Below are positions 37,261 to 50,944 of a stretch of 64,000 nt of DNA, in pieces. The DNA is taken from assembly GCA_002189035.1 (NCBI GenBank), contig CM007989.1, positions 2,232,001 through 2,296,000 on the forward strand, in the 5' to 3' direction. The translations under genes and the position numbers were made by a program. Position 1 is the first letter of the stretch, and every line of letters starts with the position of its first letter. The DNA is from Utricularia gibba (taxonomy: Eukaryota > Plantae > Magnoliophyta). The notes under the pieces were generated by a model. The model saw only the letters and a program-made list of their open reading frames with translations, was not told the DNA's origin and did not search any database.

Positions 37261-40200
37261 ATGGCGGACGATAAGACACCGGCGGTAGCCGCGCCATTGG
37301 GGCACTCGGTGATTCCGATAGTGAATAAACTGCAGGATATATTCGCTCAATTGGGAAGTCAGTCCACGATTGAGTTGCCGCAGGTGGCGGTGGTCGGTAG
37401 TCAGAGCAGCGGTAAATCCAGTGTTTTGGAGTCGCTGGTGGGCCGTGATTTTCTGCCCCGTGGAAATGATATTTGCACCAGGCGTCCACTCGTCCTTCAG
37501 CTTGTACAGACGAAGAGGAAGGATGATGGGTCTGAGGAAGAATGGGGAGAGTTCTTGCATCGACCATCAAAGAAGTTCTTCGATTTTACTGAGATAAGGA
37601 AGGAAATCCAGGTTTCTACGCCATTCTCCTTAAATTTTGTTTCTTGTGTGAGAGAATTTGATGCTGGTTAGTGCTGTATTACCTAATAGAAATTGCGACC
37701 TTTTTGTTGGAGTTTATCTTGCTGTACTAGATTTTCGCGTACCTTTTCAGGCTGAAACCGAAAGGGAAGCTGGAGGAAATAAAGGTGTGTCTGACAAGCA
37801 GATACGCCTGAAGATTTTCTCACCAAATGTTCTTGACATCACCCTGGTGGACCTTCCGGGCCTTACAAAAGTCCCTGTCGGTGATCAGCCATCTGATATT
37901 GAGGCGCGGATCAGAACTATGATTATGTCATATATCAGACGTCCAAGTTGTCTGATCTTAGCCGTGAGTCCAGCTAATTCTGATCTGGCAAACTCAGATG
38001 CTCTTCAAATGGCCGTAGCTGCTGATCCTGGTGGTTGGTCTTCGTGTCATTAATTTTGTTTATTCTAATGATACCTTTGCATAAAGTCATCATTTAGCAT
38101 CTCGACTTTTCTGATGACATAGAGATTTTTCCAAATTTCAGGTGATAGAACAATTGGTGTGATAACAAAGGTGATTATTCACATTCGTTGCTGTGGTGAA
38201 TAGTCCCTGTAATTTTTTATCTCATGTTTAACTTTATTTGTACTTCATTACCTTTCGTTGGTGCTCCAGTTGGATATTATGGATCGGGTACTGATGCACG
38301 CAATTTCTTACTTGGTAAAGTGATTCCTCTTCAGCTTGGATACGTTGGGATTGTGAATCGCAGCCAAGAGGTAATCTTTCAGCCATAAAGATATTGTTGG
38401 AGCATCTCTCTCTCTATCCTATTTATTCTGATTTCGATTGGAATAAAAATTATCCATTGCTGCTATGTAGGACATTCTGCTGAATCAAAGCATCAAAGAT
38501 GCTCTTATTGCAGAGGAGAAATTCTTTCGCAGCCATCCTGTAGGTTTATCTTTGATTTTTTTTCTTCCTACATGGTGTCTGTCCGTTTGTTAGACCACTT
38601 TTATATTACATTTCACTAACACCTAATGATCTGCGCACGTAGGTATACAATGACCTTGCTGACCGATGCGGTGTGCAACAACTTGCCAAGAAGTTGAACA
38701 AGGTTATACCGCAGGGGTGATCCCTTTAATTGCATGTGATGACAGTTCATGTTTACAAGTTTTTTTTTTTTTTTGCACAGGTTTTAGTACAACATATCAA
38801 GTCTGTTCTTCCAGGATTGAGATCACGCATTAGTGCTGCACTCGTGTCTGTAGCAAAAGAGCATGCCAGCTATGGAATGGTTTCTGAATCAAGGGTACTT
38901 TAATTTGTCGTGTTGATTCACCATATTTTCCACGTTTTCTTTTATACACTTAATTCCACTTGCTTTAAATATGGTGCATTCATTTCAAGTAATAAACTAT
39001 ATTGATGATTTATTTGCGCAGCTTCTATTGCCTATTCAACTAGTAGTTTGATTTGCTTTTCCTCTCACGGATTAATGAATTACTGTTACAAACAGGCTAG
39101 CCAAGGGGCATTACTTCTAAACATGCTTTCCAAATACTCAGAAGGTATGGATTTGAGTATAATGCATTAAATCTAAGTCAGTGACAGCAATACGTCTTCA
39201 TGTTGCAACAGCATTCAGCTCATTGATCGATGGGAAAAATGATGAAATGTCAACATCTGAGCTATCTGGTGGAGCAAGAATCCATTACATTTTCCAACAT
39301 ATTTTTGTAAAGAGCTTGGAGGTATGTGGTGTTCGATAGTTTTTTGATGATCTCTAGACTTAAGCATTGTGTGGGTAGCATGCTCATTAACGTTTATTTG
39401 GGTTGGGTCCAATTTATGACTAAATGCAGTGAAAAATGCTTAAGATTACATGAGAAAAAGAACATTTGAAACCATGTTACACCAAATTCATTCAAGGGAT
39501 AGTGTGACGCCGTGAAACTTGTTTGGTTGTATATATTTTTTTAATGAATAGTTTATCTTGAATAATTTGAAAACTATATTTAAACCTTTCATGTCCTTAA
39601 ACATAGAACATTTTTTTCAGAGCAATTTGTATAAAGAAATACTTGCTATATTTAGTGTTGAATATTAAATTTATTTGTTTATCATTAAAAAGGATATTGC
39701 ATTACTATAGTATATATTTATCAAAATAAAGATGGTATGCTTAATAGTATTTTTTCCAAAATTTTCTTTTTCTAATTCTGGGTTCGGAAGCAATTTGTTC
39801 GAGGAAAATTGATTTTTTTAATTTAATAGTTAGTAATTTATGATAATTCCTTTAAAAAATGGTCAATAATTATTTTTTCTCTTACCTATGTGAAATGAGC
39901 ACTTCTTCAGATTGAACACTTTTGTTTATTCACAGAGATTTTCAATCAAATCACGATTGATGCTTGGCCAACAAGCCGTGATTTTTTTTTATAGTTGCAT
40001 TTCACCTGATATGGGTGTATGGCGGTTTGTTCTGCAGGATGTAGATCCGTGTGAAGATTTAACTGATGATGATATTCGTATTGCAATCCACAATGCAACT
40101 GGTCCAAAGTCTGCATTATTTATTCCAGAAGTATGTTCTGTGTCCGAATTGTTTGTAGCTCATTCTTCCTTAGTGTGCCTGCCAGTTAATGTGAGGTGTG

Positions 40201-42198
40201 GAAGCTAACATGAATGTTCAGGTTCCTTTTGAACTTCTTGTTAGAAAGCAAATAGCAAGATTGTTGGATCCTAGCCTTCAGTGTGCAAGATTTATCTATG
40301 ATGAGTTAGTCAGGGTAAATACCTTGTAGCAAATATTTTTAGGTCAAAATATGTCTTTAAGATTTACAAATCTCCTTTATAAAGATGAGCCACAGATGCA
40401 TGGTGAATGAACTCCAACGATTTCCTGTTCTGCGGAAACGCATGGATGAGGTTACTGGAAACTTTTTACGTAAAGGGTTGGAGCCCTCAGAATCAATGAT
40501 TGGTCACATTATTGAGATGGAGGTATTTTGTATACTCATTATTTAAACTTTTATCTTATTTGTTTCTCTACTTATTGAACTTAATTAGGCTAATGTTCAT
40601 TTTAGATCTTCGTTCTCTCTTTGTGTTCCATAGATGGATTACATTAATACTTCCCATCCAAATTTTATTGGTGGGAGCAAAGCTGTGGACATTGCATCTC
40701 AGCAGCTGAAGTCGTCCAAGATGTGTGCCATGGGGAAAAAAGTTAGTGAGTAAGCTTGCTTCAAATTGGTATAAACTTATGCTAGTCATCAATTGCCCTT
40801 CAGGACTTTGATTGCCTTTCAGGAAACGGGGGATTCTGAAAAATTGCCCAATGCAGAAAGGAATTTAAAGGCACGAGGTGTAGTTGCTCGCACAGCAAAT
40901 GGAGTTGTTCCAGAACAAGTAAGCCATGCTAAAGACAATGATTCCCAAAGCCACTTTATCTTGTTAACTACTTTTTGGATTGGTCTCCTCCCCTCCCCTT
41001 TTTTCCAAGGCTAATCGTTCGGTGATGGAAGTTGAGAAACCACCACCTAGTAAGTTCTCTTGCTGGATATTTGAATTGTAAACTTCTTTGTGATGATGAA
41101 CCTCTCATGAAAACTGGAATTTCCATCTATTCCTCAGCCAGCAATCTGGGTTCATCCTGGGGTATACCTTCAATTTTTGGTGGCATGATAATCGAGCTTC
41201 TGCAAAGGAGAACAACTTCACGAGCAAGCCTTTCAACGATCCTGCTCACACCATAGATGCTGGATATTCGATGATTCATTTGAAAGAGGTACTGCATTTG
41301 CGCATTTTTCCCAGTCCCTTTTTAAAACATCTTTGTTGACTCCTTTTTTTTTTCCCCTCTTGTATCATCCTGGTGTCGTTAAAGCCACCTGGTGTTTTAA
41401 GGCCCTCTGAAACCAGTTCAGAGGATTCCGCTAATGAGATTTTGATCACCAAGTTGTTGCTGAGGTCTTATTATGACATCGCACGAAAGAATATTGAGGA
41501 TCTTGTGCCTAAAGCCATTATGCATTTTCTGGTATTTTCTTTAGTTTACACGAATTTTCATACTGTGGTTGGCTTCTCTTTGGCACCCTTATAATTCGTA
41601 TTTCCACTTACACATCACAGGTAAACCATACTAAGAGGGAACTTCATAATGTTTTCATCGAAAAGCTCTACAGGTCGGCCTCGGGGAAGCCTTCAGTTTT
41701 CTTTCTACATTCTCCAGGATCCATATAAGGAGAGGATAATTCTGGTTTTGGTTTTATCAGGGACACTATGTTTGAAGAGATGTTGCAGGAGCCTGAGGAG
41801 ATTGCCATAAAGCGCAAGCGCGCCCGAGATACACTGAAGGTCCTGCAGCAAGCTTGGCAGGTAATTCCCACATTTAGGAGATCCAAAGCAACAAGATCTT
41901 TAGGGATACAGCATCATGCTAATTCTTCACCCTCATACAACAGACACTGGAGGAGTTGCCACTCGAAGCCGAGTCAGTGGAAAGAGGATACAGCTTGACC
42001 AGTACTGATACAACCGGCCTGCCGAAGATCCACGGATTCTCGTCTTCACCGCTGTACAACAGCAGGGGTGGCTCATCTGAAGCCGGGGGCATCTCCCTGA
42101 AGCACCACAAGCTGCGCAACTCCGGAGAGCTTAACAAGTCCCCTCATGCAGATGCCAATGGCAGGGGATCGGCGTTCTATCCAACAGTTGGCTACTAA
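37261..42198 (+). CDS. DRP3: Dynamin-related protein 3 (mitochondrial/peroxisomal fission), many exons; apparent frameshifts at 38286-38288 and 41182-41183
   Basis: [18 protein letters not shown]1 [19 protein letters not shown]3 DLPG, TKLD, middle domain, GED ([28 protein letters not shown]) and [10 protein letters not shown] tail. Confidence 0.95.
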
Positions 42199-42896
42199 GT
42201 CCTCAAAGATGCATATTTTGATCCGGTGACTCCCTTCACTCCTCGTACAAGATCCTCAGTGTTCTCTTGCAAGTGGATCTCTTGGCATCGGAAAATGCCT
42301 GCCGGCCAAATTGGTAATTTTTTAAAGCTTATACCCCAATCCGCACTGTTGCTAATTTTTTTAGAGTATTTTTGGAACCATTCTATGTATTGCACGGAAA
42401 AGACAATAATCGTTAATCGAGTTACACATGATTTGTTTTGCTTAATGCTTTAATTTAGATGAAATTAGGTACAAATTAAACGACAACTATTTTTTTGAAT
42501 AAAGAAATAAAAACCTATATCTTTTATTTCTTAAAAACTACCTTCCCAAATTTTTTTTTTGAAAAATGATCTAAAAATAACTTTTTAAAATAAATAATTT
42601 TATGTATGTTTAAAAAATTAAATTAATTAATTAATGATGAATTTTATATTTTATATCAAATTTTAAAATAAAATTGAGATAAATAATGTAAAAAATATTA
42701 TCTCAATTCTAAAATTTGAACGGTTTGAAAATAGTAACCGGTAAGCCGCCATTTTTTTTTGTAAAGCGTCCACGTGGCAATTGAAAACCCCACCTATTCG
42801 TTTCATTACCCTAGTGAGAAGAGCATCAGGGAGCGTGCTATTCACGGTTTCTCCGGCGGAGGATTTCGGATTCCGGTAACAATCGCCGACGGTAGA

Positions 42897-44036
42897 ATGG
42901 AGGACATAAGCTCCGATCCTCAGATTCCGGCCGGATATGAATCGGCTCGAGGAGGCCGGCCGTCTTCTTCGACGAGTCGGGTGCGGTCTAGGGCAGACCC
43001 ATTTTTGATCACATGTCGATGCTTCAGTCTTTTCACCTCTTTGGCTGCGTTGCTTTGCATTACGGTTAACGTTCTTTCGGCCGTTCGATCTTTCAAGGAT
43101 GGATCAGATGTGAGTTCTTAACTTTCTTCCGTCGACTGGCGTTTTGGGGAATCCAAATAATTGGATCATTTTTCTGTAGATATTCGACGGTATATTCCGG
43201 TGCTATGCAGTGGTCATCGCCCTTCTTGTGGTGGTCGCTGAGACGGAGTGGGAATTTGTTATCAAGTTCTCGAAGGTTCGTTTCAGTTTTCCATTTGCAT
43301 TGCGCTGATTACTCTAGTTTTACTAACCATTTCCCCTCTTCTTTTTCAAAGGTTTTGGAGTTCTGGGCTGGTAGGGGAATGCTACAAATCTTGTATGTTG
43401 TGCAATTTATATTTGGTTGTAAAATCCCTGCGTTCCTCCTGCTGCTCACTCTATTTTTCTCTCCTCATCTGTACTTTTCCACTTAAATCATAGTGAATCA
43501 TCCACAAATCTTGATAATCCTCACCTGCTATTATTTGTCACGGTAAATGCTCATGTTCTTTAACTTCACAGTGTTGCAGTGATGACTCGAGCTTATCCCG
43601 AGTATCTAAGTAACCGCACAGAGCTTTTTCTTCTTCAAAGCATAGCGAGTTACTTGCTCCTCGCTTGTGGAGCTATTTACGTTATCTCTGTAAGCTCATT
43701 TGATCTTGGCACTTGTTTATTATGGTGATTATCCATTGTTCACATGACTGAGTTTCTCAGATCCAGTGAGCTGTAATGTGGTCTTAGTTTCATTTTGAAA
43801 TTGCTCTTCAGGGAATCCTGTGTATGGGAGTGCTTAAGCGCGCGCGGCTGAAGAAAGAAGTTTCCAGGGAGCAGGCAGCTAAAGATCTCGAGGTTATACT
43901 GCTTAATGTTCTGTGAATGCTTGTTTTTCATAGAATGTATCTACCATACATAGCTCACCTTGACTGATTCTTCTTCTAGGAGCTCGATCGTCGTAGACAA
44001 GAACTGGAAGCATTGTTGCTCGAGGAACATGCTTGA
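42897..44036 (+). CDS. Golgi membrane protein TVP15 / COPI-associated family
   Basis: Spliced product DPFLITCRC...IFDGIFRCYAVVIALLVVVAETEWEF...VLEFWAGRGMLQIFVAVMT...YVISGILCMG...KDLEELDRRRQELEALL. About 6 exons with multiple TM helices. Confidence 0.8.
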
Positions 44037-44948
44037 GCCGCAATGGCGGTTATTAACGTGTTCGACTATACACTAACAGAATATGTGACTGCATAATACT
44101 ACACTTGCCTTAAGTTGAAAGGGGAACTCATCATGTGTACCTTTTAGGCCTTTCGATGAACTTTTTTTCTGAGTTTGTTTTGAAATCTGAATGTTCAGTG
44201 TAGCTTCCTCATTGCAAACAAGGGGTTCCTGATCAATGAGATCTGAAAATTCATTTATATTGTCGTCTCCAGCAACTAGTCCTCCATGTTTGATGATCCT
44301 CCCATCAGAAATTGAAATCCCATGTAGAGTTGTGAGCACAGAATCAAATACCTGGTCTGCATTAATTTGCCTCTCCATCATTTCATGGGCGGGGCCCACT
44401 GGGGGGGGGGGGGCGTCCCCTAACTTTTGTATATTATTTTTATACATTTTTTTGGGAACTGCATCATTTCATTCCAGAAGGATGGATAAAAGAAATAGAA
44501 ATCATCATGTGTTCGCCACCGCTGTTCCTTCCACAACACCCTTGTGCCCTTTCTCCAGAAGGCTTGCAGGATGCTCACTCACTTCATTACATGTGATGAT
44601 GTGAGGATGAAGTGACACGCTTTTAGTGTCCCCTACCTCCCATACACACTGGTACAGGCTAATTAGAAAGATGTCATGTGGTGGTTCTTTTTCTTTCTTG
44701 CTTTCCGTTTTTTACGACATAATATGCAGAATTCTTGTGAAAAATGAGCAGGGTTATGTTTCGTTGAACATGTGTGACCCCAAAGTTCGGATCTTTATTG
44801 TAGGTTGTGACACAGAACCTTGAAGGAGGGAAAAGGAGGGAATGTTTCTGTTGCTGTCCAAACACCACTGTGTGAATAAATGGAGTCCTTGAGATTTGAT
44901 AAAAGAAAGCTGATCCAAGAGAAAGGAGCATGAAGCTCTCGAAGTCAT

Positions 44949-47236
44949 TCACGAAACTGAGTTCCTCCACCTCCGTGGAGCTCTCTTGGTCTGCTGCTCC
45001 ATGTTTTCTCTCGGTTCACCAGCTCCCCTCCGCGGTTCTCTGGTGCTTTGGTGAGCTTTCCTAGCTTCATCCACCCCATGTTCCACGCCGACGACTGTTT
45101 CGGCCTAATGGTCTTGTTGTCCGCCTGTCTCTGCAGCGTCTCCATCTCATTTTGCAGCTCCAGGTACTTGGTTTTCACCGTTTCCAGTTCAAATTTCAAA
45201 GTGTTGATGTCCTTCTTGGCTGCAGCCCACCCCTCCTGGAACGACTGGGGTGTCCCTTCGAGCAGCGTCTTCCGGTTCGATATCAGCGGCTGGTATTGAG
45301 ATTCTCCACCGTCCTTCATGGAGGAGTTGGCCAGTGAATTGCTCAATTTAACCAGCTCCGCAAACAGAACCTGCACCACAACTCTCAGCGGCAGTCGCTC
45401 GTTCTGAGCAACGTGCATACACGCGTCTATCGACAGCTTCTGGCAGTCCATCACCCTGCATAGCCTCTTCCTCTCGTGCTCAGTTAAAGTGGGATGTGCC
45501 TGCATCATTCATACAACGCCATTTTATCAGATTGATCAAACTCCAAACTCTACCGCTCGGTAAAACGCCATTGCTACTACCTTGAGGTAGGAGTCCACAG
45601 CTCTGTAAAGACCATCGTCGCTGGTTCGAGCCGATTCAGGGAGAGCCTCGGCGAGTACTTGGAACTTGGTGAGTGACAGGTTTCTGTCTCTGGATACCTC
45701 TGTGAGATAGCTATCTACCAGCCTTGCAACTCTCATCTTAGCGTTAGGATTCACACCTCTTTGTGTGTTTTCAGAGGAGGAGTTCCTTCCGGGGCTGGAG
45801 TTCCTGCTCTCAGACTGCTCCTGCATCAGGAAATGCTCCAGAAGCCTTTGGATGAGATCTACGTCGTACATGGTTTCGTTCTTGTTGCAACAGGGAATCA
45901 TAAGGTCTGCAAGCGTCGCCTGCTCCAACTGCATCCCCACCCGCTTCTCCAGCTCCGTCACCAGCGCCGGCGCCACCTTCAAAACGCCAGCCATCCTCAC
46001 CAGCCGGAGCATGAAACTGCATGAAACACTGTCCCTCTGAGGTGGGATTATGCTGATCAAGCTCTCCACGATCTGCCTCTGGTCCTTTGTGTGCAGTCCA
46101 GTGCAGTCGTCGTCTACCCCCGGCCCGGAAACCACCATGTGCAGTCCTCCTTTCCAGCCTCCGGCGGCTCCCACATTGAAGCTGCCATTTTCATCAGGCC
46201 CTGAAGCCAGAGATCCTGAGCCACCGGGAAGCCATTTACCAGCGTAGTGCATAATCACAGCTCCGATGAGCTCGTGCCTCATCCCCTTGACCTTGATCGC
46301 TGTGATCACTCTCACGAAGTGATCAATCCTCAATATGGAGACATCCTCGAACCACCAGTCCGGCGGCGGAACCCGACTGGGGCTCGACTCGGAGTTGTCG
46401 TTCCATTTCGGACTTGAGACGGACCGCGGCAGCTTCCCGGTGTAGTGCCATCTGATTCCCTTGGGATTGGCGCAAGCCTTCCAAGCAATGGACTCGCTGC
46501 ATCTTCTAACAATCTGGAGATTCTCTGCCCAGGGAGAGAGATTCTCGCAGCTCTTCAACACGACAATGGAGTCTCTCCAGGAAGACAAGACCACGTAGCT
46601 GAGAAAAGCTTCCGTTTTGAATATCAGATTCCCTTCCTCCAAATCCTCCGTCATTTCCAGGTACTCCGCCGCGCACCGGAGCCCGGAGATGTTGGTGGCC
46701 GTCAAATCAACGGCGACCCCGTAGCAGAACTTGGCTGCGAGCTCAAATGCTTCAGCTCCTCCGGGGAGATCATCGAGGATCACCTTGTTTAGCTCCACTT
46801 CCCGGGATTCGTACACAAGCCTGTTAAGCTTCCCACTTCTAGAAACGAGAGGGTACTACCAAGGAAAGAAAAACACAACATAAAATCATTCAGAGCAAGT
46901 CAAATGAAACCATGTCTTTCTTCTTTGTGTGTTTGTCCGAATGAAAGAAACTGTAAAGCAGTAAGTGCCTTGTGCAGATGGAAGCTGATGTCTCCAATCT
47001 GGACTGAGAAATCACTTGGAATATCAGTTGCAACAAACCTGTTATGTATTGCACGGAGATCCCACAAATGAGCCACAAATCTCAACCATGAACAACACAC
47101 ACAGAACTGAAAAACGTTACCATGATTTCCCTTTCTGCTCAAACCCATCGGTGATGACCCCAGTTTTGTTCATCGAAGTCAAGACACCGTCGACGTATTC
47201 CCGGCCGATTGCCGATTCGCCATCGCATTCCCACAT
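44949..47236 (-). CDS. NPH3: NON-PHOTOTROPIC HYPOCOTYL 3 (BTB/NPH3 domain); apparent 1-nt frameshift at 45025-45028
   Basis: MWECDG...GREYVDG start, FVATDIPSD, BTB, FKTEAFLSYVVLSSWRDS, KACANPKGIRW, coiled coil (KKDINTLKFELE). The corrected end reads RRWRNSVS*, as in NPH3 orthologs. Confidence 0.93.
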
Positions 47237-48159
47237 GATCCAAACCACACAGAAACTGACAAGGTAGAACCTACGTTGAGTTCAGGGGTTGAACTTACAA
47301 GTAGACGTGGTGAGGGTGGAGTGGAGAGGGAGGGTGAGCAAGTGCAGGTGTCGGAAAAATCCCACATGTGAAGTGCCTGGAACTTTCTCCTTGAGATCAA
47401 AATTTGTCGCCTTTCATTCAGATCTCAAGGTGGTTTCTCACCAGCACAGCCTGTCGATTCACTGTAGAACATTCGTTAAAAATCCAGTGAAACATGAGAA
47501 GCAGGAGTGATGAAGAATTACAGTCCCCCAGATGGTAAAAAAAGCTATATATGGACAGGGAGGGACGCTGGGATAAGACAAGGTACATCAACAGTGAACA
47601 TCCTGTGACAGGGGGCCATACAGAACCGAAAGCCAGCACTGCTCACAACGGCTTTTACCACTCCCCCACGGCCACGCTCAATGTCACAACACCATTAAAG
47701 TGATGGAATGCAACCCTCCCCAGGTCCCATTCAATTAAATGAAGTGTGGGTTATCAACACCATACAAACACTCCACATGGCCGCATCACTGATCATTGCT
47801 CTCTCCTCTAGCAGTGGGCACGGATTTTGATTTTCATATCTCCCATCTAAGGGAATGATTGAGGCTGATATGCTTTGCAAAGGTTATTCATTATGCTCAC
47901 AATCATAATCACATCCTATCATGATTGCATAATCGTTGACATTAGGTTCAGTTGCATTATCTTTTGTTACAATGGACAACCTACATGCAGACGGGTTCAA
48001 GAAAACAAAAATTCAATAAAAGTTTCAAGAAAAGGATTAGGACGAAGTGTGCAGGAGTAACCTGTAAGTTTGTTTACATGGAGGATTCATTGCGCAACTT
48101 TTCTTCTACCAGCTGCTATGGTAATCCAGGAAGGGTGCAGTGATTTTACCCCTGACGGA

Positions 48160-49446
48160 TTACTGAGGAATCTTGACGTGTTGCAGTGAGGACTTCTCGT
48201 TGAGGGAGTTACTCTGCTGCAACATAAGATATTCGGAGTACTTCATGGGAGCATAAAGCGGAGCTCCGCCGCCCCCTTCGAAGAGCTTTTCTGGTGGGCG
48301 AACGATGGTTTCAAGAGATGGGCCATTTGCCACGGCGACGGAGATTCTCGGGCTTTGATCGTTGACCACAACCCTATGAAGCACGCTACTGTATTTGCCA
48401 TTGCTGAATATCTGAGGGTGTGCCATGAAAATGAACGAAGTTGAGATTTAGAGATGAAGTCCCGCGAAGATTAGGGCATTTTTACCTCGAGATGGTCGCC
48501 AGCGTTGACGAGAATGGCGCCGCGGCGAGCGGCAACATTAACCCATTCGCCGGCGTGCTGAATCTGTAGTCCGCCAACGCCGTTGGTGATGAGAAACGTG
48601 AGCAGACCGTGGTCGGAGTGAGGAACCATTCCCAGGGCGGCGACAGGGTCACAGCACCGTGGATAGTAATTCGCGACAAAGATTTGTAAGCTTGATTCCA
48701 AATTGAGCGCTTCCTGCATCTCGTTTGGTTGCAGGCCAAGGCTTTGCGATATACCCTTCATCAATTCACCCACCAATTCACGGATTCTTTGGCAGTACTC
48801 GTTTACAGTTTCCCTGTTTTTTCCCCCTTCAGACAAAATGCCGATCATTGATACACAGAGTTCAAGAAGAGATTGTTATGTTTTACCCAATTGAAGACGG
48901 TTTGTTTGGAGAATGAAACTGCGGGTGCACAAACAGCTTCAGGAAATCCCTCCAACAGAAGATCTTCTCTTTTGAAGTGTTGAAGCTGGTGCCGTATCTG
49001 ATGGGTTCAAGAACATTGCGGGGTTGAAATTCAGGCTTGTCTTCCTCAGGCAAGTTGAAGAACTCATCGCTCACATCAATCACAGCTTCTATAAGCCCCT
49101 CCGGAATCCCATGATCCACCAACTGCAGCAGCATCAGAGATACAGAAACCACAAGGTGGATAACAAGCAGACCAGACAAAATTAAAGTCACCATGAAAAA
49201 GCCCCAATCCTGACAGGCTCTATCGAGATCCTCCAAGGCTTTGGACCTCCGCTGTGAGTCGCCGGAAGTGAGCGCCGATATATCGATGACGGGGATCGAA
49301 TCGCCGGCATCTTCCGCCCCCGTGGCAACTGGGTCGGTGAAAAAGATGTAGTCCGGAGGGATAGACGTGAGAGACTCAGAAAGACGTTTGACGGGACCTA
49401 TGGCGGCCGCCGCCTGCGATTGCACAACTTCAGGTTCTGCCGCCAT
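48160..49446 (-). CDS. 2-oxoglutarate/Fe(II)-dependent dioxygenase (DOXC class, often labelled DMR6-like), 4 exons
   Basis: DIOX_N (IPVIDIS, ACQDWGFF, CWRDFLKL), NYYPRC, HSD Fe-binding motif, distal His in LHRVVVN and RxS (RIS) 2-OG binding. The substrate cannot be assigned from motifs. Confidence 0.92.
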
Positions 49447-50480
49447 CTCGTTATCTTACACGTAAAATTTGCAGTGGTGCTTCATTGTACAAAAACCGCC
49501 ATCTCGTACAAACGCCTTGTGATTGGTCCACGTGGTGAAGATTATCCCTCTCTTCCCAAGTTAGTTTTTTTTTCGGTCTAAATTCCTCAAGTGAAACAAT
49601 TTTGCTCACAAACTTTCTAAAGGAAATTGATCAAGACGAAGTACGTGCACATCCAAAGCACATCGAGCTTTTGATTAAGAATCTCATATTCCACTCCCGA
49701 ATGATATCTAAAAAAAAAACTCGATATTAAAATTGTTTAGTATTCATTTCAATGATTTTATTTACGAAGTATATTGTATTTAAATTTGTATATTTAAATA
49801 ATTAACTAAAAATATTAATATTTGAAATAAAAATATCACACATAAAATATCAGCTCAGTCCTTACATTTATTTATTTATATTAAAATTGATTACCAAATA
49901 TTATTTATTGAAATTATATAGCCCCCAGCGGGAAATGCTTGGGCTCTGTATGAAAAGAAAATAACGTTTGGGCCATGAACTATTTGGGATAGGCTTGTTT
50001 GTTCCCAACAAATGGGCCGATTATAAAGATTAAGCGAGGTGCCATTGTTGGCCCATGAAGAAGGAATTACGCGTGATCGTCATGTGTTTCACCGCTGGCA
50101 TTACGCAATTAAATATGTTTAATTATTTCTTTTAGTGAATGGTTCCGTGAGATTGAATTCACCGACGGTAGCATGGCATGTGGGTTGTACAGCTCATATT
50201 GGGCTCCTTTTTCAAAGGAAAGGAGGGATTCCTTTACGTAATAAAGCAAAAGAGGAAAGGGAGGAGAATTGGGAACAAATACTAGTAAGTAAATAGGAAC
50301 ACAGAGGAGGTTTTACAGCGCAAAATTCATCTCCGACACCTCCCACTTTTCTGCTATGGAACGAACAATCCACACAAATGTTAGTCAATCATCAATATCA
50401 ACAAACACTAGCAACATAAAGATTATTCCGGCACCGGAAAAGAATACGATAGTAGCCGCATGTCTGTGTAATAAGCGCGA

Positions 50481-50818
50481 TCAAGCCACCAGAGTGACGA
50501 CGAGGAGCGCGGCAGCGCCGGCTGTAATAACGAATTCAAGCCTGGAGCCGGTAGACCCAGGCGCCGGCGCCGGCGCGGGCGCGATGGCAGGAGGGAGTGC
50601 AATAGACGGCGAGGGAGAGGGAGTTACCGGCGAAACAGAGGGAGGAAGTGGCAGAGGGGAAGGCCGGAAGGAGAAGGACTGACAGATGGAGTCGTAGTGT
50701 GCGGAATCGGCGACGGCGTAGGAGCAAGTGGTTGCGCCGGGGCAGGGGACGGCTGCGCCGCGGCGAATACTAAGATCGCCGCCGCTAGGCAGATGAAAAA
50801 AGCCCTAGAAATGGCCAT
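50481..50818 (-). CDS. Classical arabinogalactan protein (signal peptide, P/A/S/T-rich, probable GPI signal); apparent 1-nt frameshift near 50656-50668
   Basis: MAISRAFFICLAAAILVFAAAQ signal, then SPAPAQPLAPTPSP. After a one-base shift: PPSVSPVTPSPSPSIALPPAIAPAPAPAPGSTGS and a hydrophobic tail FVITAGAAALLVVTLVA*. Confidence 0.8.
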
Positions 50819-50944
50819 TGACGCTTGAACTTCACGCCAAAAGCAAAGGGTGGAGGGTTTTAGCGAGATGGCATGGTTTCAGTAACCGCTTTTTATAGAA
50901 GAAAGCTGGGACCGCGGCAATTCAGGAGCCGTGAGATGTGGGGA

